A stretch of DNA of 64,000 nt from Octopus sinensis. Taxonomy: Eukaryota. The position numbers were made by a program, and so were the translations under genes. The notes under the pieces were generated by a model. It had not been told where the DNA came from and did not search any database. It saw only the letters and a list, made by a program, of their open reading frames with translations. The stretch spans positions 68,758,001 to 68,822,000 of the forward strand of contig NC_042999.1 in assembly GCF_006345805.1 (NCBI RefSeq), read 5' to 3'. Below are positions 61,660 through 64,000 of this stretch, one piece after another. Numbering within the stretch: position 1 is the stretch's first letter; the number at the start of each line of letters is the position of its first letter.

Positions 61660-61985
61660 CGGAAAAAAATGAAAAGCAAAACTGACCCCAGCAGAATTTG
61701 AACTTAGAATGTAGAGACCTGGAATAAATACCGCAACTCAGTTCACCGTATTTATACGTAGTCCAATACTAAGTCGGCGGGGCTGGCAGAATCGTTATCG
61801 CGCCGAACAAACTGCTTAGCAGCATTTCTTTCGACTTTACGTTAACCGGAATCGACTTTGTTAATTAAACCTGCTAACAAAACATTCTTTCGACGTTGAT
61901 AAAATAATTACCAGTCGAGGACTGGGTAATCAACTTATCCCCTCATCCAAAATTCTTGGTCTTGTGCCAAAATTTGAAACCACTA
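61660..61985. mobile_element. Divergent head-to-head pair of family-B SINEs
   Basis: Minus copy 61660-61745 (GCAGAATTTGAACTTAGAATGT); plus copy from 61775 (GGCGGGGCTGGCAGAATCGTT...CTTGTGCCAAAATTTGAAACC). Confidence 0.7.
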
Positions 61986-62229
61986 CGTTTTCCAACTCTA
62001 AGAACATACATAGACCAGGTTTGTAATCAGTGTTGCACTACATTCAACAACTGAGCGGAAAGCCTGTCGACATAATCGATTCAAGTACTTAAATGTTATC
62101 TATTTTATGGACGAATGACGCAGCTGAGATGGGCGAGATTTGCATTCTTTAATACCGCAAAACACATAACAGATCTTGTCAGTGTATCGCTCTTATATTT
62201 AATAATAATAACTATAGCTAACTATAATT

Positions 62230-62730
62230 CTTTCTATTATAGGCACAAGGCCTGAAATTTGGGGGAGGAGGATAGTCGATTCAACTGGTACTTAATTTAT
62301 CGACCTCGAAAGGATGAATTATTATTATTATTATTATTATTATTGTTCGACCGTGGTCGAGACAATGGAATTTACTATGCTACGCCAGATTTCACGGTCC
62401 ATCATAGCATTGCAGAGGTCCTGTTGCTGGATGCCTGTATCCCTGGAGATTACATTAGGGTAGGAGAGTGTGCGCCCTCTGGTATCGCGAGTAGATGGCT
62501 TCCAGAGGAGGAGAGCAGAAATTACCTCGTTTTCAGCTCTACAACAATGTGCAGCAAACTGGACTCTTCTACTTTTCACAAGAGATGATACAGGTGGTAG
62601 TTTCCCATATAGGGAAAGGATGAAAGGTAAAGTCGACCTCGGCGGGATCTGAACTCGGAACGTAAAGACAGACGAAATATCGCTAAGCATTTCGCCCGGC
62701 GTGCTAACGTTTCAGCCAGCTCGCCGCTTT
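62230..62730 (-). mobile_element. Family-B SINE split by an RTEX insertion
   Basis: The tail and core (62230-62318) and the core and head (62614-62728) are contiguous once 62319-62613 and one TSD copy are removed. Confidence 0.9.
62319..62613 (-). mobile_element. RTEX-clade LINE 3' fragment with an (AAT)n tail and 11-bp TSD
   Basis: Translates LYGKLPPVSSLVKSRRVQFAAHCCRAENEVISALLLWKP..RGRTLSYPNVISRDTG...MMDREIWR, an RTEX-type C-terminus. TSD GAAAGGATGAA at 62308-62318 and 62614-62624. Confidence 0.85.
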
Positions 62731-62879
62731 GGTAGCTAACTAGAATATCAATCGTACGTAACATAAGCAAACAGACCAGAAAGTTTTGTGGAAGGTTTAA
62801 TTCAGTAGTCCTCAACTATATTTTTTAACTATAGACCCCTTCGTTAATTATTTTTCTCTGATGAACTCCATTCACTTGA

Positions 62880-63560
62880 TGAGGGCGAAAGGCAAAATCG
62901 ACCACGGCGGAATTTGAACTCGGAGCGTAAAGACAGACGAAAAACCTATCTCTTTACTACCCACAAGTAACTAAACACAGAGAGGACAAACCAGGACAGA
63001 CACACGGATTAAGTCGATTATATCGACCTCAGTGCGTAATTGGTACTTATTTAATCGACCCCGAAAGGATGAAAGGCAAAGTCGAACTCGGCGGAATTTG
63101 AACTCAGAACGTAGTGGCAGACGAAATACCGCTAAGCATTTCGTCCAGCGTGCAAACGTTTCTGCCAGCTAGTCGCCTCACATAATATAAAGCATTGGCT
63201 AAAAACTGGGGGCGATGTAATCGACTTCCCCTCTTCTCAAATATTGCTGGCTTTGTGTCTAAGTTTGAAACCAATATCATTATTGTTCTAGACAAAATAC
63301 TTAGTGGCATTTTCCCCTGTTGTTTATGCTCTGAGTTCAAATTCGACCGAGGTCCACTTTGCTCGCCTCCATGTAATCAACTTATCCACACCCACTACCA
63401 CTACCACTAAAATTTCAGGCCTTGTGCTGAAATTTGAAACCAACATTATTATTATTATCCTGTTGAAGGCGGCGAGCTGGCAAAATCCTCGGCGCGTCAA
63501 ACAAAATGCTTTGTGACATTTTTCTGGATGTCTAAATTCTGAGTTCAAAACCCGCCGAAG
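62880..63560. mobile_element. Cluster of family-B SINEs, including a tail-i/core dimer (62880-63175, -)
   Basis: Junction at 62938-62956 on the plus strand: CGAAAAACCTATCTCTTTA. Further plus-strand copies lie at 63200-63445 and 63465-63590. Confidence 0.8.
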
Positions 63561-64000
63561 TCGTCTTTTACCTTTTATCCCGCCGGAGCTTCGGCATACT
63601 AAGCTTAGAACATTTCCATTGATCTGACGTGCAGGAAGATGGCGTACAATTGCGTGGATGACGTCACAGCTATGTGCGATAGAGCGATCTGAACATTCCC
63701 AATGCGCAGCGACGATGGTTAGCACGAATCTTAACGAGACAAATTGGTGGACTTGCATATTTGTCTCACATCAACGAAGCGTAAAACGTTGGTATTTGAC
63801 AAATCTGAAGGCTCCATGATAATTAAGCAATTCTCCTGATAAAACGCTCGTATTCATAACGTTGCTGATGCCTTTCCACAACTTACTAGTGTCACTAAAT
63901 TTACATAACTGTCCTTCGCATAATCTGATCTCTGTTTCCATACCCGCATTGTCGAGTGTAAACGCATTCAATCAATAGTTTGCTGCGATTAAGCATAAAT

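Noticed and set aside
63771-63971. 66-aa ORF at the window end
   Set aside because: No recognisable domain, and the length is within chance expectation.

Overview
AT-rich, microsatellite-dense eukaryotic DNA. The repeat families look like octopus (coleoid cephalopod) repeats; this is inferred from recognising the families, not from a search. I found no convincing intact host gene, rRNA, functional tRNA or CRISPR array, and nearly all ORF-track entries are translated microsatellites. The window is a transposon graveyard. It holds dozens of tRNA-derived SINEs from at least four families, an RTE LINE (30277-32700, -), a 5'-truncated Tx1/L1-clade LINE (37348-40076, +) and an RTEX 3' fragment with a perfect 11-bp TSD (62319-62613). 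It also holds Tc1, mariner and DD37D/maT transposase relics, MITEs, Helitron-like non-autonomous elements, Penelope-like remnants, a GC-rich 70-bp minisatellite and a 100-N gap. The most interesting signals are four. (1) The Tx1 LINE sits inside a (TATC)n tract on both sides, a candidate new microsatellite target specificity, and its ORF2 is broken only by three 1-bp homopolymer deletions. (2) One SINE subfamily's 3' end is fused at the same GGTATTT site of sister SINEs at all four occurrences, a candidate self-targeting SINE. (3) There are four Penelope-type minimal hammerhead-ribozyme motifs, one with an intact core. (4) A structured 70/140/19-bp minisatellite lies beside one of those motifs. 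Coordinates of degenerate repeats are approximate and were read by eye.
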